DNA of 64,000 nucleotides, taken from positions 2,666,001 to 2,730,000 of the forward strand of contig CM007992.1 of assembly GCA_002189035.1 (NCBI GenBank), in the 5' to 3' direction. The notes under the pieces were generated by a model. It saw only the letters and a program-made list of their open reading frames with translations. It did not search any database and was not told where the DNA came from. The position numbers and the translations under genes were made by a program. The DNA comes from Utricularia gibba (taxonomy: Eukaryota > Plantae > Magnoliophyta). Shown here piece by piece: positions 22,628-34,799 of the stretch. How positions within the stretch are numbered: position 1 is the first letter of the stretch; the number at the start of each line of letters is the position of its first letter.

Positions 22628-25141
22628 ACACGCGTAAAATAGATTAAATAGGGGCTTTTATAAGAGAGTTTGTAACTATGTAAAAAAAGAAAATAAAAAC
22701 TTATGGTGCATACCGCATATAAAAATGCACAAGACGTTGTGTTAATAAAAAATGATAAAAGCTACGACTAAAACATAAATAGGTTACAGAACTTAGCGAA
22801 TAAAGCAAGTAAACAAAATTCGAATTTCTACACTAAAGGTTTAGATTTCATTTCTCCAAAGATAAATGAAAAGCAACTAGCTGAAACAAGTAGGAAATGA
22901 AACGATTAAACTATGCAAATCATGAAGGTGAAAAGTATTAAACAAATATCATGAAAATCTTGAAAATAGTTTTACAAATTGCCTTCAACATTCAGGCCTC
23001 TCACTCTCCCACGATTTATGCTTGGTTACAGCTTCACCCTTCCCACACAGAATGAAAATCCTGAAAATAGTTCTGATTATTCATCTTTTGTAGATTGTCT
23101 TCAACATTAGCCCTCTCACTCTCTTGCAATTTTTGCCTGGTCTCAGCTTCACCCTTTGTGCATAGAATGGAAATCGTGTGTTTCTTTCTACCTCTCGTCG
23201 GAAGTTTACTTATTCCTTCCATTCATTTTTCTTTCAAAAGTTGCTAGAAAAATATCTACCATCCAGGAGAGCTCCCGCTAGCTGGTCACTAATTGGAATC
23301 TTTCCTAACTTGATTCACTTTTATCTTTTTTTAATTCTCTATCGTATTTCAACTTTCCACCAAAACTTATATTTTAGATTTACCCATGTTCTAAAAAATA
23401 TCTTGTAGATTGATGTAATTTTGCAGCCCAACCCAAATGGATTGGATTTGTACAAACTCCACGTAGTAGTAGACTCACTTTGACGTTAAATTAGAATAAA
23501 AATTAGATTAATTCAAGTTTTCTTTATGAAAAATTAGAGTTCACAAACTTTTAGCTATTCCCTCCCAATTCAAGTTTTTTTACTAAAATCTAAACTTGAA
23601 ACCATCAAAATAAAAGACAATATCAACCTTTATTCATATCCATTTCCGAAAACTTGTTTAATTATAAATATTAATAAAATTAGAAATTCAAATTTAACCT
23701 TTGATTAAGATTACTAAAAACTTGAAATAATATAAATTAAAAAAATTAGAAATAACCAAGATACAAAATGATAATAGAACTTCTCTGGATATGCTAGATT
23801 AATTTTTTTAAAACACCATCGGTCATGGTACAAATTCATGTATTTAAGTGAAATAAATGTGTATGTTTTAAACAAAAACACAAATACAAAAATGAATATT
23901 CTTCATATGTAAAATCAAAGTAACAACTAAACCACATTAAACAATATTTGATCATGCATAATAAAATTTTAAAAAAGAATTTAAGAACATGAATTTGTAC
24001 CAAATTTACAAAGGGTGCACATTTATAATAAATTTATTTTTTCTAAGCACTCCAAAACGAAAAAGGTTTCCCTAGAACAAGTCGTCCACTCGGTTTTGTT
24101 TTTAGGATAAATTGTTTTTATCCGCATGATTGATATGTGTTTTACATTGTTCATTTAAAATACTGGAAATATTAATATTCTTTAGTACTGAGAATAAACA
24201 TTGTATATCAATTTGTGGTAAATGGAATAATAATATATACAATACATTGAATTGCTATCCTACAAATATATCTTTTAAGTAATAAATATGCTACTACTAA
24301 AGATGGACATGGATCTGATTTGACATGTTATGGATCGAATCCACTTAATCGACATAAAAAATTGCCGCTCCGGTGGGTATGGGTGCATGGATCTACATGC
24401 TAAACTTATCATGGATAGCGAGTTGACCAAAATCATTACATAATTTATATATACTAATACAAATTGAGCTTAATTATTAGGTCTTAAATCCGACTAATTG
24501 AGGTGCACAATTCATTTGATAAAAAATATATTTTTTATTGCTGCACTAAGTTTCAGATCCAACTTGTCTAATATATCGAGTTCACGTGTACCTGTGTACT
24601 ATAAACCTATCCATACCATTTTTTACGGTTATACATAACGGGTCCATCACGTGATGGGTCAATCTGGTAGACAACCAAGTTGACTTGTATCCTAGTTACT
24701 ACCATAATGAAATTATCAACAAATTGTATGGGGATAAATCTGTGTCCGAAACAAAATGTCATGATGGGCATGACTAGATGAAGAAGATAACTGGTCCCGA
24801 AGAGGTATAGTGAATGTCCCATTGCACGATAGAGGAAGATATTCTCTTTGGGGGAGGACTCAAAAGTACTTAGGAAGATGTCCCTCTACATAACAAAAAC
24901 CTATCATCGAGTACGCAGTGCCTAAGAAATACTATCATCGAGGATAACGCCCAGGTACATAGTGCTCGTAAATAAATGCTGTCCGAAAGCAGATGCCCGA
25001 GAACCAAGGGCTCAAGAACAGACTCACGCTTGAAGGCTTGGATAGAACCTCATAAGCAAATGCCTGGGTAGGATGTGCCTAATCTGACTTTCATATAAAT
25101 GTTGTTAAACAAATTTTAAATAGCAAAACGTAACACAATAA

Positions 25142-25575
25142 GGGCTCATCTGGTAGATTTGTTATTCTTAATAGTTATTAAAATTATTATTGTTATCGTA
25201 AATAATAATTTAATTGTTTAGAAATTAATTGTGTTTGATAACATTGTTATGATTATCATTGTTTAGGATTAAATAGTGTTTGGTAGTATATTATTAAGAT
25301 AAATATATTATAGACTTTTTTAATTTTAACTTTTATTTAATAATAATATTATATTAAATCTCTTCTTTTTTTTTCTTTTAAACGTGTTTCTTGTTTGAAA
25401 TCCAAATACGGGCTAGGGTTTAGTTTCACAACACTACCAAACACTACCAAACAATTATTAATAACCTTTATTTGGTTGTTAAAGTGTTGTGAAGCTAAAC
25501 AATTAGCATTACCAAACAGTGAATTATATTTTATTTGAGTTGTTAAATTGTCTTAACAAGTTTACCAAACACGCC
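25142..25575. mobile_element. Degenerate AT-rich Tourist-like MITE
   Basis: TAA-GGGCTCATCTGGTA at the left and TACCAAACACGCC-TAA at the right (about 9/13 match as inverted repeats), with internal TTTGGTA/TACCAAAC repeats. Confidence 0.4.
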
Positions 25576-25918
25576 TAAAAGTGTAATATAAGTGTAGATA
25601 GTTGATATTTAATATAAAGATGAAGTCGTTATTAAATGCAAACTGCCACAACTTCGTAAATGAATTTGAAGATTATGTTAAACAGTAATTAGAAATGAAG
25701 CGATAAACTTGAGTAACATAAATGTTACTAGAAATAGAATTCATTTCGTTCATTTTACATTTATTCTTATCTTAGTTCTCTTTCTACTTGTTCGAATAAA
25801 CAATGATAGGAGTAATAAAATGTCTACATTCATTTACACTAATATAATGAATTATGGGAATTGGTTCACGTTACTCTCCTTAACTAAAAATACAAGAGGA
25901 AATAGCAGAGTATATTAA

Positions 25919-25986
25919 ATGTGCCTGAATATTGACATGTGACATGTGCCTAAACTTACATGTGGCATGTGCCTGAATACTGACAT
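25919..25986 (+). repeat. Short tandem repeat containing four CATGTG boxes upstream of UGT copy 1
   Basis: CATGTG at 25936, 25943, 25959 and 25966, inside repeated TGTGCCTGAATA(T/C)TGACAT units. Confidence 0.75.
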
Positions 25987-26391
25987 TCATTAAATGGTCC
26001 AAATAGGAAAATATTTCATTCGAAGAGTATATTAATTATGAACAAATCACTAACTCATTTCAACCCAAGATGATATTTTTCATCTTAATTTCTATCAAAA
26101 CATGTAAGCAGTAATTAATTACTTATAGACATACTAGAAGATATTGCAGAAAGATTATATCATGTATGTCTAGATGCATATGAAACCTTGAAAAGATCTA
26201 AAGAGAAGATAAGATATTTGTTCAAAATGTAAAATCAATAATCCTACCCACAGTCAAGGTGCCTAGGCACAACTGCTTTTAAAAAATTGAAATCAAAATG
26301 GAAGATGAAATTTAATTTATTTCTTTCAATGAAGATGGAAGAGAATAATAAAAAATTCTTATTTCTAAAAATAGCTCATACCAAATATATA

Positions 26392-26612
26392 AGTAGTGTT
26401 TTGAAAAATTTTTAAAATCTATTTTTATTTTTTAAAAGTAAAAATTTTATAACAATTTTAATTATAAAATTAATTTTATCAAAAATAATTTTAAAATTAT
26501 ACTACAAAAGTTTATTTTTTTAAAAGTATTGTTTACTTTTATTTTTTATTTTTAATTTTCAAAATAATTTTGAAAAATAAAAACAGATTTTAAAAATTTT
26601 TAGAACATTACT
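26392..26612. mobile_element. AT-rich foldback MITE (about 220 bp) in the promoter of UGT copy 1
   Basis: About 45-bp inverted repeats (AGTAGTGTTTTGAAAAATTTTTAAAATCTATTTTTATTTTT and AAAAATAAAAACAGATTTTAAAAATTTTTAGAACATTACT). Absent from the homologous promoter position of copy 2 (about 29455-29470). Confidence 0.7.
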
Positions 26613-26924
26613 ATATTATCTCTATCTGATCTTTTCAGATTTTTGGCATACAAGGAATTCTCTCATGATTTTTCTTCCTTTCTACTCTTTGCTAGGACGC
26701 CTTTTCTCAATCAAGGGTCATGGTCAAAATCAGCGTCATGAACACAGTCAATACAATGGGTTTTATTTATTTTTAATTTTTTAATAAATAATGATTATTA
26801 GTCAAACAAAATATCAAAATAATTTTCAAATATTACGGATGCTCAATCATTATTCTAATGAACCCTTTATAAAATGGGGCTGGGGTTGGAAGGAGATGCT
26901 CGAGTCTCAATCATCGTAACTGCA

Positions 26925-28369
26925 ATGGCTCTCGAACCTCGTAGCGATGGAAGAAATCTCCACGTTGTGATGGTTCCGTGGCTTGCCTTTGGGCATATGC
27001 TTCCGTTCTACGATTTCGCGAAAGCCTTAGCTCAAAGGGGCCATAGAGTCACCTTCATTTCCACGCCCAGAAACATTTCCCGTCTTCCCAAACTTCCAGC
27101 TGATCTGGTTTCCTCCATAACTTTTCTCGAAATCCCACTTCCCAAGGTTATTGGTTTGCCGGAAAATGCAGAGGCCACCATGGATGTTAAGGGGGAGATG
27201 TCCAGTACCTCAAGGCGGCGTACGATGGGTTAGCTGAGAGAGTTGGCTCTTTCTTGGAGGAATCTGGAGCGGATATTGTTGTGTGTGATTTCGCTCCATA
27301 CTGGTTACCGCCGATGGCGAAAAAATTGGGTGCATTTTGTGTCTTTTTTTCCATATTCAGCGCTTGGTTTGTTGCTTTTCTGGGTACGACGAAATCTCTA
27401 ATAAATGGGATAGATGATAGAAAGAGGCCGGAAGATTTTGTGGTTCCGCCGAATTGGATTCCGTTCCCAACTAAGCTTGCCTATAAACTCTTCGAGGCGA
27501 GATGGCTTGCCGAAGAAGCTTCGAAAGTAAATGATTCAGGGGTTTCAGATACCTACAGGGCAGGAAAAGTTATTGAGAACTCGGATGCAATTGTTATTCG
27601 ACATTGCAATGAATTCGAGCCCAGATATTTGAATCTGCTTGAAGTTCTTCATCAGAAAGAAGTTATACCTCTGGGGCTGATGCTTCCTCACGCTTCAGAA
27701 GCCAGTGGCATGGATTGGGTTTCAATCGAAGACTGGCTCTCAAAACAAAGCAAAGGATCTGTGTTGTATGTTGCATTTGGAAGCGAAGTGACGCTGAGCA
27801 GGGAGCAGATGAATGAATTAGCTTATGGGTTAGAGCTCTCTGGTTTCCCTTTCTTCTGGGCTCTCAGGAAGCCAGCTGGGTCGGCTGAAGTTGAACTTCC
27901 AGACGGGTTTGAAGAGAGGAACAAGGGGAGAGGAGTTGTATGGAAGCAATGGGCGCCACAGTTGAAGATACTCGAACATGATTCAGTCGGTGCATTTTTG
28001 ACTCACAGTGGTTGGAGCTCAGTTGTGGAGAGCTTAATGTTTGGGAAACCACTTGTGCTGCTACCGGTTCTTTTCGATCAAGGGCTGAATGCAAGAGTGT
28101 TTTCTGAAAATGAATTTGGATTGGAAGTGGATAGAAATAATGAAGATGGATCATACACTAGAAATGCAGTTTCAGAAGCTATAAGAATCGTGTTTGTTGA
28201 TGAGGAGGGCCAGAGATTCAGAGACAAGGCTAGAGAAGCTCGTGGTGTATTTGGAGATAGGGAACTGCATGAGCACTACGCTGGGAAATTCATAGATTAT
28301 TTGGAAGACAAGACTATAAAAGCAGCTCCCAACACCAAGTTTATCAGAAATTCAGAGACTTCAGGGTGA
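26925..28369 (+). CDS. UGT91: Family-1 UDP-glycosyltransferase, UGT91-like (sugar-sugar/rhamnosyltransferase clade), copy 1; intronless; -1 frameshift at about 27191-27196 as written
   Basis: N-terminus LHVVMVPWLAFGHMLPF...GLPENAEATMDV. The shifted frame continues DVQYLKAAYDGLAERVGSFLEES through the PSPG box WAPQLKILEHDSVGAFLTHSGWSSVVESLMFGKPLVLLPVLFDQ. The likely start is the ATG at 26925, since the ATG at 26874 abuts the TATA-like TTTATAAAA. Confidence 0.9.
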
Positions 28370-29795
28370 CCAGTAAGGGATGCTTATACTGTTCCACTAT
28401 TGTAATGAATAATTCTCTGTTGTGATCTTGGATGTTAAAATAAGTGTGCCATAAGAACATATTTCACAAAATACTGTCTTTAAAAACATTTCAATTAAAA
28501 AAACATTGCATAAAATGAAATCAAAATCCCAAATTAAATATAAAATAACATATTAAAACATCAATATACGTACAAGTTTATTTGAATATCAAAATTAGCC
28601 CTATTTTGTATGATCATTGTTTTGTTGGTTAAAACATCAAAATAAACTTTCCAGTAGAGTTGAAATAACCACATACGTAACATCATCCTCGACTGAACCC
28701 TCGTCATTCAAAATTGGACATAAACATATGATATTATTCAAGATATCCCTTTCATATCATCAGATTATCCCAAATAACACACATCCATACACAAAACTAT
28801 CTGTATAAAATGGAAAGTAGTGGTTTGATGAAGCCAATCTATGTTGCTACACGATTGAAACTAAAATTTTAGAGAAACTTGAATATGATTGATGCCAAAT
28901 TTCGACGCTTTCGTAGATGATTAGGGTTCAAACTTGATTTTCACAATAATTAAAATAAGGGTGCATGGATTAATTGTGAATTATTGTTATGAGCTGAAAT
29001 TTACAATCATTTTGTAAATATAAAGGTTTAATTTTGTAATAAATGAAACAGTTAGATTTAATTTTCGTATTAAAAATAGTAATATCTAAAATTGTAAATG
29101 AAAAAATAAATGTGCCACATTTGGTAATTTTTCCAATATTTGTCATCTAAATTTCTGTCAAAACACGGAAGCAATAATTAATCACTCATAGACCAACTAG
29201 TAGATGTTGCATAAATATTATACCATGTGTTCATAGATGCATATGAAACCTTGAAAAGATTTACAAAAAAGATGAGATATTTGTTCAAAATGTAAAATTG
29301 AAAAATTATCCAACCCACAAACAAGTCGCTTAGCAACAAACACTTTTAAGAAAATGAAATCAAAATGGAAGTTGAAATTCAATTTCTTTCTTCCAATGAA
29401 AATGAATGAGAAGAATAAAAAGAAAATCTCTCATTTTTAAAAACACCTCATACTAAAAATACACTCATCTCTTTCTAATCTTTGCTGATTTTTGGCTTAC
29501 AAGTAATTTTCTCATGATTTTTTTCCTTCCTACTCTTTGCTAGAACACATGTTGTCAATCAAGGGTCATGGGCAATAACTAAAATTCATCTAAAACAAGA
29601 GAAATAAATGTAAACAAGCACAATAATATAATGAGCTTTATTTATTTTGAATTTTTTAATGAGAAATAATTATCATTCAAACAAAATATAAAAAAAAATC
29701 TTCAAATACATGCACCTATCCTAAATCATTATTCTAATGAACCCATTATATAATGAGGCCTGGTTGGAAGGAGATGCTCAATCATTGTACCTGCA

Positions 29796-31237
29796 ATGGC
29801 TCTCGAACCTCTTCGCGAAGGAAGAAATCTCCACATTGTGATGGTTCCGTGGCTTGCCTTTGGGCATATGATTCCCTTCTACGATTTGTCGAAAGCCTTA
29901 GCTCAAAGGGGCCATAGAATCACCTTCATTTCCACGCCCAGAAACATTTCCCGTCTTCCCAAACTTCCAGATGATCTAGTTTCCTCCATAACTTTCCTCG
30001 AAATCCCACTTCCCAAAGTTATCGGTTTGCCTGAAAATGCAGAGGCCACCATGGATGTTAAGGGGAAGATGTTCAGTACCTCAAGGCGGCGTACGATGGG
30101 TTAGCTGAGAGAGTTGACTCTTTTTTGGAGGAATCTGGAGCGCATGTTGTTGTGTGTGATATCACTACATACTGGTTGCCGCCGATGGCGAAAAAATTGG
30201 GTGTATTTTGTGTCTTTTTTTCCATATTCAATGCTTGGTTTCTTGCTTTTCTGGGCCCGACGAAATCTGTAATAAAGCGGATAGATGAAAGAAAGAGGCC
30301 GGAAGATTTTGTGGTTCCGCCGAATTGGATTCCATTCCCAACTAAGGTTGCTTATAAACTCTACGAGGCGAGATGGATGGTCGAAGAAGCTGCAAAAGTA
30401 AATGATTCAGGGGTTTCAGATACCTACAGAGGAGGAAAAGTTGTTGAGAACTCCGATGCAATTGTTATTCGACATTGCAATGAATTCGAGCCTAAATGGT
30501 TGAATCTGCTTGAAGTTCTTCATCAGAAAGAAGTTATACCTCTGGGGCTAATGCTTCCTCACGCTTCAGAAGCCAGTGACATGGGTTGGGTTTCAATCGA
30601 AGACTGGCTCTCAAAACAAAGCAAGGGATCTGTGTTGTATGTTGCACTTGGAAGCGAAGTGACGCTGAGCAGGGAACAGACGAATGAATTAGCTTATGGG
30701 TTAGAGCTGTCTGGTTTCCCTTTCTTCTGGGCTCTCAGAAAGCCAGCTGGGTCGGCTGAAGTTGAACTTCCAGATGGGTTTGAAGAGAGGAACAAGGGGA
30801 GAGGAGTTGTATGGAAGCAATGGGCGCCGCAGTTGAAGATACTCGAACATGATTCAGTTGGTGCATTTTTGACTCACTGTGGTTGGAGCTCAGTTGTGGA
30901 GAGTTTAATGTTTGGGAAACCACTTGTGCTGCTACCGTTTCATATCGATCAAGGGCTGAATGCGAGAGTTCTTTCTGAAAAGGAATTTGGATTGGAAGTG
31001 GATAGAAACGATGAGGATGGATCATACAGTAGAAATGCAGTTTCAGAAGCTATAAGAATCGTGCTTGTTGATGAGGAGGGCCAGAGATTCAGAGACAACG
31101 CTGGAGAAGCTCGTGCGGTATTTGGAGATAGGGAGCTGCATGAGAACTATGTTGAGAACTTCATAGATTATTTGAAAGGCAAGACTATAAATGCTCCCAA
31201 CACCAAGTTTGTCAGAAATTCAGAGACTTTGGGGTGA
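29796..31237 (+). CDS. UGT91: UGT91-like glycosyltransferase, copy 2 (tandem duplicate); -1 frameshift at about 30062-30067 as written
   Basis: Same architecture as copy 1, with PSPG box WAPQLKILEHDSVGAFLTHCGWSSVVESLMFGKPLVLLPFHIDQ. Promoter and 3' flank are homologous to copy 1 (about 26080-28560 versus 29140-31420). Confidence 0.9.
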
Positions 31238-32521
31238 ACAGTAAGGGATGCTTAGTTTGTTCCACTCACTATTGTAACCAATAATTTCATGTTGTGGATC
31301 TGCGATGTAATAGGTGCGTCATAAGAACATGTTTGACAGAATACATGCGTTTCCAAAATATTTCCTAACATTGCATAAAATCAAATCAAATATAGAATAA
31401 CACATTACATATTTTCCCAAGTTCCATTTCATGTTCGGCTTTGAGTTCACTCTCTTCTTTCTAGCAATTCTGGATTTTATGTTTGTGGTTCTAATTTTGG
31501 TTTAGGTTCCCAATCTTCAAGAAGAGGTTCTGACTCTTCCACTAGCTTTGAGTTATCAATCATTGGTTCTAATATTAGTTGTTATGCATTAGTGTAGTTG
31601 TCCTCCCCTACTTCTTCAAGGGTGATTCCTTCCTCCTCTGTCACCTTCTCTGCCTTTGTGTCGGGTATCTTGGTGAGTTCATTATGTTGTAAACGAATAC
31701 GATGAATAAGAAAAACCGAAAACTTAAGACACATAAAACACTATTCTAAAGTATTTTTTGATCTCCAGAATTTAAGGAAAAAGTAATATAAATAATATTG
31801 TTTATTAAAATCATTATATTAATAATGTTATGCGCTACTAGTAGTGGCGCTTTGATATCTTCAATGAGTGGTACCATCAATGATTGCGCCTTAGATAAAG
31901 CTCCATCATTGATGGTGCCTTAGGTAAGCCTCAGTCCGTGATGGCGCCTTAGATAAGACACCATACGTGATGACGCTTTAGATCTGTTAAGCCCAAACTT
32001 CTCCTTCTATATATATCTCACATTTTCACAAATTTTTTCATTCATCTTCAAAGTTGAGTAGAATTGGAGTTGAAGAAAATTTTGGTAATATCGTTTTTTC
32101 ATTTTATAGTATTATTTATTTAAATTTTTTATATTTCATAATAATTAATTACATATATTTGTTTTACCATTTTAAAATGGATAAACATACTAGCGATTTT
32201 TTTGATTTTTTGGAAATGTCATCCGATTTGCCCTACAATGAGAGTGAAAGTTCGCATACTCCTTCATGGACTTGCATCAATATGCCAAATGTCAATTATG
32301 GAGGTACTTATTTTATTACACATGTTAAGACATCCATTTTTTTATATTTGTAATAATTAATTGTATTGTAGGTGTATTTCCGAGTTTTCAATTATCATTA
32401 TCTTTAAACCATGATAACAGTTCAAGTGTGAATGTGGCTGAAGGATTCCCCATAGAAGGTAATTTTAGTGAGATTAAGTCTTAATATATGAAATTATTAT
32501 CATTAATTGTTTTTTTAAGAT

Positions 32522-34650
32522 ATGGTCGACCTTGATGATGACGGTGGAGACACCGACTCGAGTGAGGATTCTGAAGCCCCACCAAAAAATGTTTGTGAAA
32601 ACGAAGCACCAGAGACCGGAATTGAGGCACCTCGTGTAGTACAATTGCCCGGATCTCGCTCTCGACGATTCTCTGGAGTGTTTCGTGAGGGAGGAATACC
32701 TTCTATCCAAAACAATCCGGTAAACAATTTCATATCCGAAGAATTTAAATATGGTGGCAAATATAGGCGATATGATGAGAAGATACATGTGCTAAATAAG
32801 GAAATTGCATTTACCAGTAAAGTTCATTCCTAATATTGTGTTGCCCACTATCATATAAAACGAGGATATGAATTCATCGTTCCTGTTAGTCAGCCTACAT
32901 TCTGGGAGGGCAAATGCGCTCGTGCTAACATGGATCCTAAGTGTTATTGGCGTATAAGGATTATGCGATTTGCACGTGATGGAGTTTGGCAAGTATCGGT
33001 CTGTGACTTTCCACATACTTCATGGCATATATGGATGGAGCGCAACATCGCAACCTTTCTGGTTTATTCATTGGATATAAACTTATGCATACTGCACATA
33101 GAGAAGGAGGTATAGTTTAAATATTTCTTAATTTTTAACATAGTTTATATTTTTAATAAATTTTCTTTTTTGTAGAGATTAAGGTTGCAGATGCTTGAAA
33201 ATGTATTTTTGAAAAATATCAAAAGAAGATTACTTATGAACGTGCATGGTACGGTGCTCAACTTGCTTTTGAGTTGGTCTATGGAACATGGGAATTATCA
33301 GTGCAAAAACTACCTGCATTATTTCTATCAATCACGCAAGCCAATCCGGGTACATTGGTCTTGTGGGACTGCTTTCCCACTATTGCAGGAGAGGATCATA
33401 AAATCATGTACTATGTTTTTTGAGCCCATGGTCCCTTTATTCGACCATTCAAGTTTTGCAGGCTTGTTGTTATGGTCGATGTCACCTTTTTATATGGACG
33501 TTATGACCACAAGTTGCTCGTGACCACTACCAAGGATTAAGGTGGTCACATCCTACCACTAGCCTATGCATTCATCGATGAGGAGATTAGAGATGCATAT
33601 CTTTGGTTTATTGATTTGCTAGATGAGCATTTTTTTTGTCGAGGCCAGGGTAGTATAATCTCGGACAAAGTTGCAGGCATGCTTGCAGCTGTGAGGAATT
33701 ATGGTGGGTTTCAAGAAGGCCGTCTGGCCCACTTTTGGAGTTTGCGTCATTATGTTTCCAACTTCAACAAGAAGTTTGGAAGCAAAATACTTAAGCAAAT
33801 GGCTTACAATGCCGGAGCAACATGTGATCCAAGAATGATGATGATGTACCTCGAATGGATTCAAAAGAAAAATCCGATGGCTTATGCATGGTTCTTTGAG
33901 CCGGAAAATGGTCCATATGAGAGATGGGCACTCTCATATGATTCTGGCAGACGCTACGGGAATATAACTTCTAATGCAACAGAGATCATGAACAACGTTC
34001 TCAAGGTTTGCTGTCGGTTTCCCTTAGATACAATTGTTGAGACTACGTTGTACAAGTCAGCTACCATCCTCCACGAGCGTAAAGAGGAGATCACCTCGAT
34101 GACAAAAAACCACCAGGTATTATGTTTGAGGTTACTTAATTTCAAGTATTTTTAATGTTTTATTATTTTACTTTATGTATAACACTTGTTATCTGTGTAT
34201 GCAGGCGCTCTTAGATGAGGCAAAACGTTTTTGGGATAGAGCACGTGAACGAACTAAGACACACAAGGTGCATCAATTCGAGACGACGAATATGCCATTT
34301 CACATTGAAGTCATCAGCTGTGGAAAAGGGAGACGCTATCGTTATATAGTGATGCTTTGTGATCAAATTTGTAGTTGCGGAAAGTGGACTAAGTATGGTG
34401 TTCCATGCTCTCATGCTGTTGATGTTGTTGAAAAGGTGAAGTTAAGTGCCGACGATCTCATGATTAGTCTTGATATATTGCATGTGTTGCGACAAACGTA
34501 TAGTGAAGAGGTTTTCAACCCTCTTGACTCTGATACATGTGTCTCTTACTCGGGCTGGACCCTATACCATGATTCTACACGCCGTTAGACTATTATTGGC
34601 AGACAGCGTCGCACAAGAATACACAACGAGATGGATTGGGGAGTGAATCC
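32522..34650 (+). pseudogene. MuDRA-like transposase, disrupted
   Basis: N-terminal zinc-finger-like region (CYWRIR...HT), MULE domain (IISDKVAGMLAAV...CLRH-like SLRHYVSNF, YGNITSNATEIMNNVLK) and SWIM finger (CSCGKWTKYGVPCSHA). In-frame stops occur, e.g. GATGCT-TGA near 33195. Confidence 0.85.
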
Positions 34651-34799
34651 ACTACCAGCAGAATAGTCTAATAAATTTGGTTTTTTCTAGTTTGAACTTT
34701 GATTAATTGCTAGTTGGAGTTATTTATTTTGGATATTTTATTTATGGTTGTTTTCAAACTACTTTCATAAAAATAGCTTATTCGATAACAACAAAACAC

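Noticed and set aside
22950-23125. Imperfect direct repeat of about 60 bp; similar pair at about 60446-60620
   Set aside because: Only two degenerate copies each in intergenic DNA; consistent with ordinary local duplication or TE debris.
24600-25090. GC-richer block with GGGGGAGG and a repeated CTATCATCGAG motif
   Set aside because: Probably a retroelement fragment, but there are no termini, TSD or coding motifs to support a call.
26874-26924. Upstream ATG extending UGT copy 1 by 17 codons
   Set aside because: It abuts the TATA-like box and the extension is not conserved in frame in copy 2, so it is unlikely to be in the mRNA.
27145-27170. Tiny GT-AG intron that might repair the UGT frameshift
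   Set aside because: About 25 nt is too short for plant splicing, and it would remove the conserved GLPENAE motif.
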